Under the pieces are notes generated by a model. That model made no database searches. It saw only the letters and a list, made by a program, of their open reading frames with translations, and was not told where the DNA came from. Of a stretch of 64,000 nucleotides of DNA, positions 1-16,702 are shown in pieces. The DNA comes from the human T2T-CHM13v2.0 reference genome, Homo sapiens. Made by a program: the position numbers and the translations under genes. The DNA lies in the NCBI RefSeq assembly GCF_009914755.1, contig NC_060935.1; one strand, 5' to 3'. Position 1 is the first letter of the stretch, and each line of letters opens with the position of its first letter.

Positions 1-1162
1 CCTCTAGCCTACGGGCTCATTGGGGACAAGACTCCTCTTCACCTCCCTGTTCCCAGTGCCTCACAGTGTTTTTGGCACATGGTAGGTGCTCACCAAGTAG
101 TTAATGAATGAAGAAATTCCGCTAGTTTCATGGAATACCATTTACAGAGAAAATGGCAAAGTCATCCAGATCCCTCATTCTGATCAGAAACAAGAACTGC
201 TTTCAGAACTGAAAATCCCAGGGGGACCCCCTAAAAGCTGTCATAACCCAATTTAGCATGAGAATCATGCCATTCGCTTTCATCTAAAATGTGGCATCAC
301 ACATAGGGCTAGTCCCAAGATGATCTCAGTAATGGCTTATAGAGTGAGCAGCCCTGGGCTACCAGCTTCATGTATCGTTCTTGACTTCAGAGGCGAGAAG
401 TATTTTGCCAGGGAGGTATTGCCGAATATGCAGATTTCCCTCTGCTTCTTGAAGAATCTGTTGTTGCTCCCAGTAAATGTGAAGTTTGCTACTATGAACG
501 AGGACTTATGTCTCTCATTTGGCTAGAAGAAGTCATTAAACCAGTAGATTTGGGCTCTTCTTTTAGAGTGTAACTCTAAGTAAAAGATTAACCTTCAATA
601 TGGCAGGGATCATTTCCCAATCTTTGTTGGCATCTTTAAATGTTAAAGAGAATTTTAAAACTCTTCAAAATGTACAAGTCCAGTTGAGATACCGGACTTA
701 GTTTCCGTCTTTCCAGCTACATTAGAAAATTTAGGCAGATGCATAATGGGCATTTGTCAGGCACGGTTCTGGAGGTTTCTGTGAGGATTAAATGGAAGGA
801 TTTCATAAAGCACCTAGCACAGCCTGGCACACTTCAGGCACTCAGGAATGTTAGGTCTCATTATTACCACAATTATTACTGTTGCTGGGTTTGTAAAAGC
901 TGCTCTACCCCTTTTCCTTTTGTTCTTGGGCTCTGCCGTAGTTTCCTTTGTTCATCCCATACCTCATTCCCATACCTCGGGAATGAAGGCAGCTGTTTCC
1001 TCCCAGAGGAACCTCAGAGTTTTCCACAAAGACTTAGATCCGTTGAGCAAATGCTGCGGGATTGTCCCTAGTACAGAGGTGCTTCTTGAGAAAAAAGAGG
1101 TCACAGTATATATTTAGTCTGCTGGTGCCATCCCCTCACATTTGTCTCCTTGGCCCTCACAG

Positions 1163-1294
1163 GAAGAATTTGAAAAAGCACTGGTGTGGTATGAATCCAC
1201 ATTGAAGCTTCAGCCCGAGTTTGTCCCAGCCAAGAACCGAATCCAGACCATCCAGTGTCACTTAATGCTGAAGAAGGGACGGCGCTCTCCTTAG
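1163..1294 (+). CDS. TTC17: Terminal coding exon of TTC17 (tetratricopeptide repeat protein 17)
   Basis: Pyrimidine tract and cacag acceptor (AG 1161-1162), then EEFEKALVWYESTLKLQPEFVPAKNRIQTIQCHLMLKKGRRSP-TAG (1292-1294). The TPR-like helix (A..WY...LKLQP.F..A) matches the TTC17 C-terminus as I recall it. Not in the ORF track because it is a spliced exon with no start codon. Confidence 0.9.
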   Translation, partial: EEFEKALVWYESTLKLQPEFVPAKNRIQTIQCHLMLKKGRRSP

Positions 1295-2325
1295 TGCACT
1301 TCTTCCTTCTCTCTTTCTCTTTACTCATGCTCTAAAAAAAAAGAATAAGAAAAGAAACCAATCATTGTCAGTATCTACTATTAATGATGTGTGTGAAAAT
1401 AACTAAGACTTATAACAGGACTTTTACATATGTGGGAATTGGTTTGTTTTTGTTTTTACGTTTCTCCTTTCCCCCAACCAACCTCAGAAGAGGCACCTTC
1501 AGAAACACACATTTCTTAAAAGGAAAGTGCAGCTTCAAGATATTGTGTAAATACTGAGCCAAGACATTTCTGGAGCTGTGCTCTGTCTCCAAAAACCTCA
1601 ATGCCTTTAGGGCTTTTCTCAGTGGTCCAGCTAGCCTTCTCTTTGGAGGAGGATGAAGCCGCATTGCACATTCTCTGCTTCCTGTCGTAGCCTCTGTTGT
1701 CAATGGAAATGCGGAAGCCCATCTGGTGCCCGTCAGTGAGAAGCAACGTTCTGCGCTCTCTCCGTTAGACCTCCATGCTGTCCCCAGTCTTGTCCATTCC
1801 ATGCTGCTGTGTTACAAACTCTCAGAGGTAGTTTGCAGGGGAGGAAGGGGAATATGATTTTAAAAACAAAATATTTACAACAACAAAAATTCTTAGGATC
1901 ACCTGACCTTTGTAATGTTATTTATGTTGGGGAGGGAGGGGGGCTGAGAAGGGGAAATCAGCAGTGTGCAACATCTTTATAATTTGTACTTTAATTACAA
2001 ATCACAAGGAAACCAATAAGTTGAAATCCTATATAACAGGTTTATATATATAGAATATGTATATTTGAAGCCCTCTACAGACTGAGTCTATGTTTTACTA
2101 ATTCTTTGTTCACTGTGTTACCCATCTTGGAATAAGTTGTGAATGTCAGCTCCCTCTCTCTGAGGCCTCCAGACTTAGCTCCTCAGGAGGGTAATGAGCC
2201 AAGGTTGAGTGTTTCCATACAATGCTTTTACCTTTGATCCCAGGAGAATCAGAAACTCCAACATTTTGGAATCTTCAAGGGCACATACTGAGAAAAAAAA
2301 TAAAATTGTTTATGAGCAAAATAGG
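1295..2325 (+). other. TTC17: TTC17 3' UTR
   Basis: Repeat-free, AU-rich stretch after the stop codon, ending just after AATAAA (2299-2304). The 3' end is approximate. Confidence 0.75.
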
Positions 2326-2345
2326 TCTGTCATGTGATTTTTCTT
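2299..2345 (+). terminator. Polyadenylation signal AATAAA with downstream GU/U-rich element
   Basis: AATAAA at 2299-2304, followed about 20-40 nt later by ggtctgtcatgtgatttttcttt. Confidence 0.7.
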
Positions 2346-2984
2346 TAGAACCTGACTAATTTGGGCAGCTGTGAAGTCCAGCTTTAACTCTGGATGTGAT
2401 CTTCCCAAGCCCTACATTGGCTTTATCTTTCTTTCAGCAGCAAGGTGAGGGGAGAAAAAACAATCCATCACTAGGTTTTATAGTTGATGAACTTATTAGA
2501 ATGATGCATTTAACCGGGAAAGACTTACAGTCAGCACATGTTCAGAGTTTGGTATATAATTGACCTTCCTGGCAAAGGAATAATCATCTAAGCCACAAAG
2601 TCATGGCCCTCAGGTAAGCACTGATCTTAAAGTTCATCCAAGTAAGTTTCACAGACAGCCTTGGGGTGCATCGTGTAAGTCAGGCATTCCCCTTGGGACA
2701 GGATTCCACTGAAGGCAGCATTTCTATGGACTTTGCTAGGATGTAATCAGACACTGATTGTCTCAGATAATGGCTCATGGAACTTGAAGGGTTTGGTTCT
2801 AGCAAAGACTAATTTCTTCCAAGCAGGTCTGTAATTTCTTACACCAGACATACCTGTGACCTCTCTACGCAGCTAAAGTCCAACAAACTCCAGTTTTATC
2901 AGATGTATTTTGAGAACAGCAAGCTCATTTGTTACTGAATACAGTCAGCCTTTATGCACTCGGGGATCCATCGAAATTAACTAG

Positions 2985-3781
<797 letters not shown>

Positions 3782-4075
3782 GGCCGGGCACAGTGGCTCA
3801 TGCCTATAATCCCAGCACTTTGGGAGGCTGAGGTGGGTGGATCACTTGAGGTCAGGAGTTCAAAACCAGCCTGACCAACATGGTGAAACCCTGTCTCTTC
3901 TAAAAATACAAAAAAATTAGCCAGCGTGGTGGTGGGGGCCTGTAATCCCAGCTACTCAGGAGGCTGAGGCACGAGGATCACTTGACCCCAGGAAGCAGAG
4001 GTTGCAGTGAGCTGAGATTGCACCACTGCACTCCAGCCTGGGTGACAGAGTGAGACTCTGTCTAAAAAAATAAAT
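3782..4075 (+). mobile_element. AluS, full length
   Basis: ggccgggcacagtggctca...gactctgtctaaaaaaa; TSD-like atataggttt on both sides. Confidence 0.93.
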
Positions 4076-4077
4076 AG

Positions 4078-4377
<300 letters not shown>

Positions 4378-5509
4378 TAAAAGCAGGAATGGTCAGCCAA
4401 CAATGAATGGAGGCACCTTCGAGTCGGTTTTATACAGAAGGAGTACAGGGTAGGAACAGCTACAAATCTGCTTATCTGAAAGGAAGAGGAAAGAGCTAGA
4501 TCTCTCTTTGAAATGACTTGGAATTGCCTCCACAGCATTGTTGCCAGCCTCATTTCAGATGCTGCTTCAAATCAGGTGTGGTGGGAAGCTGTACTGTGTG
4601 AAGGCTGACAGACCATGAATGTGTACCTCCTGCAGGGCTGGTGATGCGAGGGCCCAGTGATGATGCAAAGGCAGGCAGCAGCCCTGCCCTGTGGGTGCCA
4701 TCCTGGAACTCTATGGGGCTTATTTACTAGATAGGTCAAAGGTCTGACTCACACTAGACTTAGACACTGGCACCAACTAGCTGGGAATGAAACTTGGAGT
4801 CCAACTCTCCAGCACAAAGGGCAGCTGTTAGTGGCCTTTCTGTTCCACATACAGCAAGGGTCTGAGAGCTTCCAAGGCAGATTCCCCCAGAACTTTGGCC
4901 TCATGAGAACTTTGGCTCTGTAGCAACTCCTCTGTGGTAGGACCGTTCCTGACTCAGAGAGCCCGAGAATGGGTTCAACAAATCTGGGTTCAAATCTTAG
5001 TCCCGCCTCTCGTTAGCAAGGAGATCTTGAACAAGTATTTAGCTCTGAGCTGAATTTCTCACTGAAATAAAATAATCTGAGAATGATAAGAGCTACTGTT
5101 CTTCACAGGGGATAGCTGTGAGAAGTAAGGGAGATTTTTAAAATATGAAGCATTTAGCACAATGCAAACACCCAGGAAGGGGTAGCTATTGTTATTTGCA
5201 CCATGTTGTAGACACTGGATATTTTAAAGAAATTTGCTTAATTTTAAACAAGACCCAGCCATTTAACTCCACCCTGGCACATCTTCCAGTCAGGCCAGCC
5301 TCACTGTTCTGATTTCCAAAGCTTTTGCTTAATCCATTCCCCATCAGATGTCCCCTCTTCTCTCTGGTTTCTGCCCCACTTCTAGGCCTCTTTTACCCGA
5401 GCTTTTGTGATGACACTGATTGATCTACATCTTCTCTGATTATCATAACAGCTTCAATTCATTGAGCCAAACAGGAGGCTGTGTGCAGTCAGAAACATCT
5501 AAGATTTAT

Positions 5510-5920
5510 TGAGCTCTTGCTATGTTCCAAGATTATTCTAACAGCTTTACATGAAATAAAATTAATTTAAGCCTCATGTCAAACCAATGGTGTAGGTACT
5601 GTTGTTATCCTGATTGTGAGAATGGGAAATTGGAGCCCGAGATTTAAGTAACTTGCCCAAGACCACAGCTAGGAAGTGATGGGAGTCGAGGTCTGGGCCC
5701 AGGGAGTCTAATTCTAGAGCTGCACTCGTAACCACCATGCTATACACCCATTATCTCATGGAGTCTTCACAACTACAAAATAGGTCAGCAACATTATCTC
5801 TGTTTTACAGATGAGAAAACCAAGGCTCAGAGGTAAAGTAACCAGCTCATAATCCCACAGTACGTGGTAGAGTTCAGATTCAAACCCAGCTCGGATTTGC
5901 CTAACACCAACTTGGTGCTC
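5510..5920 (+). mobile_element. Two adjacent MIR fragments
   Basis: MIR core phrases (aagtaacttgcccaagaccacagcta; ttttacagatgagaaaaccaaggctcagag). Strand and boundaries are approximate. Confidence 0.55.
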
Positions 5921-7819
5921 TTAACTCCTCTACTATTCTGCCTCTATGTAGTGCTTATTTCCAGGAAGTTCCTCATTCTGAGCTGTTTCCTATTTGCTTT
6001 CAGGTGTGTTGCTCTCTCTCCCATCTGTGTACATATATGTCACATGTCTGTGTCTCATCGCACTGAAGGCGGAGCTCATATATAGTAAATATTCAGTCAA
6101 TGCTAGTGGTTAACAAGCAGTGCAACTGATATGTTCCTCTGCTTCCTGCTGTTGGCATTCTGAGGGCTTTCCACCCACATCTCACAATCTTTTAGGGAAC
6201 CTATCTTAGGGAAGTGAAGTATCTTGCTTTCTCTGCCATGGAACTTGAAGAAGACAAAAAGCTCTCTCCATCCTTCTGCCTCAGGCTCACTGATCTCAGT
6301 CTGGCTAGTAGAGGAAAGTGCCTCGCTGCCCATGAACCTCACAGGGCCTATTCTACCCTTCACTGCCCAAGAGCTTTGCACCACTTGCTGGGGAGAAGAT
6401 GCGACCACTCTGGTGTGGCCATCTTCAGGGGATCCACCCTGCCGTCGTGGTTGAGCCAGCAGCAGGGGAGACTGACTTCTAAATTCAGTTTTTGTGGTTA
6501 TTCTAATGCTCAGACAGGCATCCCTAGATCAAATCCCATGTTTCCCCTTTCTGTGGAGATGTAAACAGGCAATTCCAGCTCTTTCTACAAACAGATTTAG
6601 TTCAACAAGTACTGATGTCCAACACTGGATGGGACATTGGACGTGGTCTCTGCCCTCGAAGAGGCACAATCTAGTTGGAGGGACAAGACAGAGAATTCGA
6701 AGACACAAAGTCCACTCCAGCAGAAGCCTGAATATTGAAGACCCAGAAACTGAATTCTCTGATGAATACATAGGGTCTTCTGAGGCAGTCAGCCTTGTCT
6801 AGGTGCATAAACCTCCTCGGTTTGGACACTCCAAGCAGAGTCCTCCATGGTTCGGCCACTGCCTGCCTTTCCATGCTTGTCTTCTGCCACTCATTTATTC
6901 ATTCAACGAACATGTATTGAAAAACTACTATGTGCCAGGCACTGCGTTGTTCACTGCAGGTAGTTCAATATGGTGCAAGAATAGAGGGTGGGTGGAAGAG
7001 GTGCTAAGAAATGAAGCTAGGGCCAGATCATGAAAGACATCATACACACGGCTAAGGAGTTTGGACTTTGTCCTGAGTGAAATGGAGAGCCATTCCCCAG
7101 ATTACACTCCAGGCTACAATTTAGGATTTCCCACATGCATCAAAATTCTACATTCCCATGGCTGTGATCATGCTGTTCCTACTACCTGGAACGCCAAATC
7201 CTTGCAATCTTCCCCCTTTTTTTCACTTATTTAGGTCTGCTGGTTTTCTGAGGCATTGTTCTCAAGATGCCATGCTTTTAAGGCACCTGCCATAATCCCT
7301 TTGGTGACGCTCATCACATTGTATTGAAATGAGCTATGTAACTTGTCCCCAATCAGATGCTTAGCTCCATGTCTAATCAATGTCTGTGTCCCTTACTTTT
7401 ACAACATAAAAACCTGGCACAATGAAGTTGGTTAATTAAAAAAAAAAAGTTATTTGACTATTGAATTGATGGTTAACTGACCCAACAATACCCTAGAGAA
7501 ACTATAGCAACATTGAAGGTAAGAGATTGCAAATAGGAGCTAATGAAACAGAGAGGGAAAACTAAATCAGGGAGAACTCCAGCAGATATGCAGAGAAGCT
7601 GCTTCACTTAATCTACAGAGGTACTCCCTGTCCTCTCAGCCCATCCCCTAGCCACTCACTGCTACTGACCCATGTAAAGTATTTTGAACAGGGACAGGAA
7701 CACACTAGGCAGCCAATAAATGTTAGCTCTTCTTATTAGCAGAGGACTTGAATCCTGCCACTAACTCCCTAATTCTAGAAATAAGTTACCTTTTCCTTTC
7801 TGCTAAGAATTTTGTTCCA

Positions 7820-8127
7820 GGCTAGGCACAGTGGCTCATGCCTGTAATCCCAGCACTTTGGGGGACTGAGATGGGAGGATAGCTTGAGACCAGGAGCTCA
7901 AGATCATCCTGGGTGACACAGCAGGACCCTGTCTCTTAGAAAAAAAAAAAAGAAAAAGTTAGCCAAGTGTGGTGGCACACACTTGTAGTCCTGCCTACTC
8001 AGGAGGCTGAAATGGTTGAATTGCTTGAGCCCAGGAATTCAAGGTTACAGTAAGTTTTGATTATGCCACAGAACTCCAACCCTGGACTGAGACCCTGTCT
8101 CAAAACAAAAACAAAAACAAAAACAAA
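7820..8127 (+). mobile_element. AluJ, full length, (CAAAAA)n tail
   Basis: Diverged Alu with J-type phrases (ggaggatagcttgag, gcttgagcccagg). Confidence 0.88.
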
Positions 8128-8259
8128 TGGATTTGGTTCCATTTCTGGATTCTGACTCAAAAGCTTGAATGGTTAGGACAGTGACCCCGGCTTTTAAGAA
8201 GGGGGGCTTTCACCCAAAGACAGCACTTAATACAAACACCTATTTCCTAAAAATAGAGG

Positions 8260-8560
8260 AAATTTTTCTTTATCTTTCTGTTTTTCAGTTTGATGGATTT
8301 CTTCAATTCTGTCTTCTGATTCATTGACTTTCTCTTCAGCTGTGTCTAGCCTGCTGTTCAACTCATCCGTTGAGACTTTTACTTCAGTAATGACATTTTT
8401 CACTTGCATGATTTCTACCTGGTTCCTTTTCATCATTTCTATCTGCTCATGTTTCATAATCTTTTTTTGTGTTATGGGTGCTACTCTTAACTACTTGAAC
8501 ACTTTCAGCATACTTACTTTTCAATTTGGTCAATTATTTCTTGTTCATTATGAGTAAGTT
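8260..8560 (-). mobile_element. Ancient L1/HAL1 ORF1 coiled-coil remnant
   Basis: Minus ORF 8227-8457 reads KRNQVEIMQVKNVITEVKVSTDELNSRLDTAEEKVNESEDRIEEI, the L1 ORF1p heptad region. Confidence 0.8.
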
Positions 8561-8689
8561 CTCCTGTTTGTTGGATATTTGGACTGTCTGACCCTATAGC
8601 CTTGTAACCCTCTGAGTTCTCAGTCTTTGGATCACTACTCTAAAAACTGCAATTACTTTTGCACCAGCCTAATATATTCTCTCATGTTC

Positions 8690-9790
<1,101 letters not shown>

Positions 9791-9960
9791 TGAATCCATA
9801 CATAAGTAGTGCTGAACTTCCTCATATATTTTATATTTTTTGTCCTTATTCAGCAGCAGTTAATGCTTGAAGTATTTTCACACATTATGTGGGGTCAAGG
9901 ACATTTCCCTACAGAGAAGTTTCTGAGGTTGTCTTTGCTGCATCCCCTACAAAGTCGAAC

Positions 9961-10288
<328 letters not shown>

Positions 10289-10983
10289 TAGTTTCTCAGC
10301 TTGGGGTTTCTACATGGCATGGAGAGCACGAATTAGGACTCAATTTTCCCACAGGTGGGAGGCTCGGGGTCCTAATAAAGCCCCGGTTGGAAAGGGGCTT
10401 TCTGGTCTGTGACTTGCCTTTGATGCCTGGCCACACCTAAAGCCTAGTTCCATCTCTCTCAGTTGTCCATGAGGCTTAATTCCTGTCCCTCCATGGGGCC
10501 TAAGACTACAACTCCTCAGTCCCGCAGTTACTCCCAGGCCCTGTGGGCTGTGCACCATCAGTTCCCATCCCATTGCTGGGACCTGGTAATGTCTCTTTCT
10601 TGATTTCGAGTTAGTTCTATATTTCTTGAATAGTGTGTCCTGCCCTTGTGTGTTTCGGACTTGGAGGTAGGGAACTCCAATGTGTGCTCCACGTGCCATG
10701 GTGAATGGAAGTTTGGAGGGGCCATAACCTTTTCTCCTGTGTGAGAAGCATTGCTACTGAGAGACATGAATTATATCCATCAGGAGGGTTAAAATAGAAA
10801 AACGTGTTCAGACGCACTGGCTTAAGAGCAGACCTGTGTTCTGTCTGAAGTTCACCTTCTCTAGAGTTAGGCCATGCCCTCCAACCCCAAAATTTCTGTA
10901 GATGCCTATTGCAGAAAGCCTAGCATCTCTGAAAATGTCTAGCTCCTTTGGGTAAGTGCCTTTTATTATTTAAAAATGGGCCC

Positions 10984-11831
<848 letters not shown>

Positions 11832-12300
11832 GAGACACAAACCCCTGTTGAAATGAAGGCCTTTACCACAAGCTAACTTTATACAAATGGCTACCGGGAG
11901 CCCGGGGGTTCCCCACTAAGCCCTCTCCAAGAGTTTTGAGAAGTGTCCCAAGTTGTGCTCCCTACTCATCCTCTGTAAAGCCGGATGCTGTAGAGAGGGG
12001 TTTCCATGGAGCAAGGGCAGTGAGGATGAGGGGCTCGACTGCTGCCAGGCACCAGCCATCTCTAGCTCAGGGACAAGGGATCAATATACCTTCTGCACAT
12101 TGCTTTCCAAATCCTGCAGGTGGCAGCTGGACACAAGGCTGAGGCTCTGAGGCCCAAACTCAGCCACTAAGGGGAGGACCCTGTAGCATGCCAGGTGATG
12201 TGTTTTTGGGCACCGTGATGCCCAGTGTCAGGGGAGCTCACAATTGCTGTAGTTGCAAAGGACAGAGAAGCGAAAGGAGAGGTGGACGGAGCCTCTAGGC

Positions 12301-12511
12301 CTGCCCTGTCCAGTACAGTAACCATATCTGCCACTAACCATGTCTGCCTATGGACATTTACACTTAAATTCATTAACATTGACTAAAATGTAAAATTCAC
12401 TTCCTCACTTGCACTCACCACATTTCAAGCACTCGGCAGCCACAGCGGCTCCTGCATTGGTCAGTGCAGATATGAAACATTTCCATCATCAGAAAGTCCC
12501 ATGGGATAGCA
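12301..12511 (-). mobile_element. MER3-like hAT-Charlie MITE
   Basis: Matches recalled MER3 (acatttccatcatc.agaaagt; catttcaagcactc; aaattca.ttcctca). Confidence 0.65.
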
Positions 12512-12689
12512 TGACCCTGAACCGTGAGCTCCACTACCCAGACTCATCCCTGGAGCTTGCCCATCCAGGAGGCCCCAAAGCAGACCTCTCCATGCTGCCG
12601 TTTTGAGAACTAATTACTGCTCCCTGAGCCTTCTCCTTCCAACCTCAGGGCTTTGGAATGTGCTATCAGCTCAGCCTAAGACGCCCTTT

Positions 12690-13577
12690 CCTTCAGATCT
12701 GCTTAAACAGGGAGAGCCATGCCAGAGTCAGCGGTACCAGCCCACATCCCTTGGCATCCACTTCTATGAGCCCAAGACTGCAGACCACACAGACAGGGAC
12801 TGAGGGCTTGGTTCTGATTGTGGGAATGGCCTTTGCACGGGTGGGCAGTACTGGAGAGCTGGTGCCCCCAGAAGCACCCCTTAGTCACCAACAGATGGGT
12901 GTTGGTGGTGTTAAAGCAAAAACTTTGGCCAAATTACATTTAAAGGAGTTTAATGGAGCAATGAACGATTTGTGAATCAGGCAGGCCCCAGAATCACAGC
13001 AGATTCAGAGAGACTCCAGGGGTGCCTCATGGTCAGAAGAAATTTATAGACAAAAAAGGGAGGCGATGTACACAACTCAGAAGTGAGGTACAGAAACAGG
13101 TGGATCGGTTATGGCATTTGCCTTATCTGAACACAGTTTGAACATTCGGCAGTCCATGAGTGGTTGAAGTATGGCTGCTGGGATTGGCCGAGACTCAGCT
13201 ATTGTTACAGATGCATACTCCTAAGTTAGGGTTTCAATCTTGTCGGCCTATTAAGCTATGCTACAGTTCATCCACAAGGACTCAGAAATAGAAGTAAGGA
13301 GTCCTTCTCAGGCCATAGTCAGTTTGCTTTAACAGTGGATAGGTACCCCTTTGAGGAAGATCACTCTGAGGTGTGTTCTGTATCTTCTCCCAGAGCTTCC
13401 CCCACCCCACCAACCTGAGATTGAGCTTCTGTTGGTCCCCGGGGGCAACTGGCCTGATAGGACATCTTTCACGGGCTTTCTCCACTTCCCCGACTGGTGT
13501 CTCTTCAGGTCACCTCCCAAATAAATGACCTGCACTTCAATTCTTAGTCTTCTTCTGGGGTAACTTGAGCTAAGACA
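12690..13577 (+). mobile_element. LTR16-like ERVL LTR, split by the MER57 LTR
   Basis: 3' end cacctcccaaataaa...cttctggggtaacttgagctaagaca is LTR16-type. The 5' boundary is approximate. Confidence 0.55.
12909..13334 (-). mobile_element. MER57-type ERV1 solo LTR
   Basis: Inverted ends tgttaaagca...tgctttaaca and a perfect 4-bp TSD GTGG (12905-12908 / 13335-13338). The reverse strand starts tgttaaagcaaactgactatggcctgagaaggactcc. Confidence 0.85.
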
Positions 13578-13643
13578 AGGGCCTGCTGTGTGCCAGACAC
13601 AGTGGTAAGCATAATTTAAAAAGAGGTTTAAAAAGAACTAATG

Positions 13644-13935
<292 letters not shown>

Positions 13936-14095
13936 CTAATGGACTCAGTTCTTCCTTCATGCCTCATGAGTTTGCAGTGAAATGCACAAGGCAGGCAGGA
14001 AAAGATGCAATCCAGAGCCTGTGGGGTAACCGGCTCTGCCCCAGGAAAGACCCCAGCACAACCTAGGAAGGGGAGAGGGTTAAGAACAGTTTCTA

Positions 14096-14415
<320 letters not shown>

Positions 14416-14938
14416 CTAGGAGGGGGACAGTTAAGCCAGTGTTGATAATTGAGGGAGGAATAGGAGCTCTGGACAGAAGCACTCCTAAAGAAAACGAATG
14501 GGGAGCCGCTGACATCGTTCAGGCTGGGTATAACATGATTGGACTGATACTTCACAAAGACCGTCCTGGCAGTGATGCAGAGAAGGGACCACGGGGGGGC
14601 AAGGATGAAAGCTCAGGGTCCACCCAGGAGGCTGGTGCAGGACTGCTGATAAGGAGAGAGATAAAGCACAAGTAGGTAGGGCCCAGGCACTGGGGCTGGG
14701 CAGAAGATGAAGGATGAGAGGAGGGTTGATGCAGGACGGTTGCTGGGACCTGATGATCACTGAGCCACAGAGGCTGAAAGAGGCAAAGGCTTCAAACGGA
14801 TTCCCAGGTTTCTGACTTCAGAAGCAGGGTAGATGGTGCTGCCATTCCCTGCAACATAAAACACAGGAGGAGGAGGAGTGGGTTTGAGGGAAAGATGATG
14901 GCTTTAAGTCTGAACATGGTTTTGAGGTGCCTGTAGGC

Positions 14939-15080
14939 CAACGGTTCTCAAACTGTGGTCCCCAGACCAACAGCATCAGCATCACTGGGAACTGGTTAGA
15001 AATGCACATTCTCAGGCCCTGACTAATCAGGAGATCTGTGGGTGGGCCCAGCAATCTGGGTTTTAATAAACTGTCTAGCC
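14939..15080. mobile_element. MER5A hAT-Charlie MITE
   Basis: ggttctcaaactgtggtccccagaccaacagcatcagcatcac...agaaatgca is MER5A-like. Confidence 0.7.
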
Positions 15081-15084
15081 CTCC

Positions 15085-15335
15085 AGCTAGAGGCGTCCTG
15101 CCAAATGCTTAGCAACTGGCCCTCCAGGGACAGGGAGAAGCCCTGATGGGTGGTGTTTTCCAGTTCCTGGGGTGCAAATCTCACCATGGCTGATTTCAAG
15201 CTACCAATCTGACATCACTAAACGTGCATCAGTAAACGGGGAGTTGGGAAGAGGTGCACACAACTGTCTCTTGAAGCAGCAGCATGAATGGCCTCCAGGT
15301 GATTGCGATGCACACCTGTGCCCCAGAACCACTGC
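15085..15335 (-). mobile_element. MER63-like hAT-Blackjack relic
   Basis: caccatggctgatttcaagctaccaa...ggagttgggaagag is the reverse of the recalled MER63 body. Confidence 0.55.
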
Positions 15336-16681
15336 TGTAGGCCAGTTGCACGAATGTATCTGGAGGGCAGGAAGATGTATGGGTCTAAAGCTCAAAAGAG
15401 AGAACTGGGAGGCAGAAAAGGTTTTGGAGATGTCAGTGTATATACAACCACCTACCAGAAAAACACGGAGTGTGCCAAAATGAATAAGATTCAGTCCCTA
15501 CCCCCAAGGAGCATGCAGTCACATGGGGAGAAAAATAGGCAAGCAGTCACAGCAGAGGGAATGGTGGCTGTACCCAGGAAGAACGGTGGGGGCACAAAGG
15601 AGGGGGTGGTCCCCTCAACCTGAGAAGGTCAGAGAAACTTCTTGGAGGAAATGGCAGGAGCTGGGTCTTTAAACACAGGAAGGGGAGGGGATTAGGCAGG
15701 TCAGGAAGTGGGAGCCCAGCGTCCCAGGTGAAGGAAAGGCAGAGTGGTGGGAAGAACAAGGTGTCTGCAGGGGTCTGTTGGGGAGAACTGATGGATGGGG
15801 AAAGAGGCCCAGTGGTGCAAGTGAGCCCCAAGAAGCCAGGATAGAAGGGCCCTGGGCTTGGAGCTGATGAATATGAACTTTATTTTAGAACATATGAGGA
15901 ATCATTTAAAAATGTTCTAAGCAGTGGAGGGTTGTAATCATGTTGGAAGATTCTAAAGGTTCTAATGCCCTCCCTGAATCATTGCTTCTTATTGGCACTG
16001 TCATTTCCTGTTTCTCACACATGTGGTGCAATCTCCCAACCCCTGCTGTTAGGTCCACAATTCCCCTTCCTGGAACTCTCTCACCTTGGCTCTCCTCTGG
16101 GTTACTTCTTATCCTTTGAGGCTCAGCCAAGGGTCACCTCCTCCAAGGCGCCCTCCTTGGCCGTGATGTGACTTGAAATAGGCTTCCTCAGTCCTGCCTG
16201 TCACAGCAGCCCATCCATCTCCTTGCAATAGATAGCACTAGCCTCCAGTGATAATGATCTTAATTGTTTCTGTGGCAAAGGTAAAAAGTCATTATGTTTC
16301 AGTTCCCATAACTGAACTGTAACTGAATTCAACTTTGTTCTCCAGGCCCTTTTCTGACTCTCTCCCAGGCCAGGATACTGGGTTCAATTTAATAGGGGTC
16401 TTTTCAGCTCAGGTTAAATATTATCTCATTCACTGTTCAGTTCAGACTGTGGTTGCTTTAAGAAAAATAGTCAAGTTCTTCAGGATTTTCTTCCCCATTC
16501 TCCTGTTCCTGTCTTTCTTTTCAACTGGCATCTGGATCCAAGGGTAAAGCACACACATTTGAGTGATCAGGAGCGGAATTGGAGAGAGAGAAGGGGCCAG
16601 AGGGGAGTTTCTCAATGCCACCCTTCAGTCTTCGCTAGCCTCATCTGCAGCAAGGTGGGTCTGGCTGCCCCAGGAAGATCA

Positions 16682-16702
16682 CTGCTGCTGCTGCTGCTGC
16701 TG
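16682..16702. repeat. (CTG)7 trinucleotide repeat
   Basis: Seven perfect CTG units. Confidence 0.95.

Noticed and set aside
1-1160. Additional TTC17 exon or intronic snoRNA
   Set aside because: No TPR-like frame with convincing splice sites and no paired C/D or H/ACA boxes; parts look like L2/MIR remnants.
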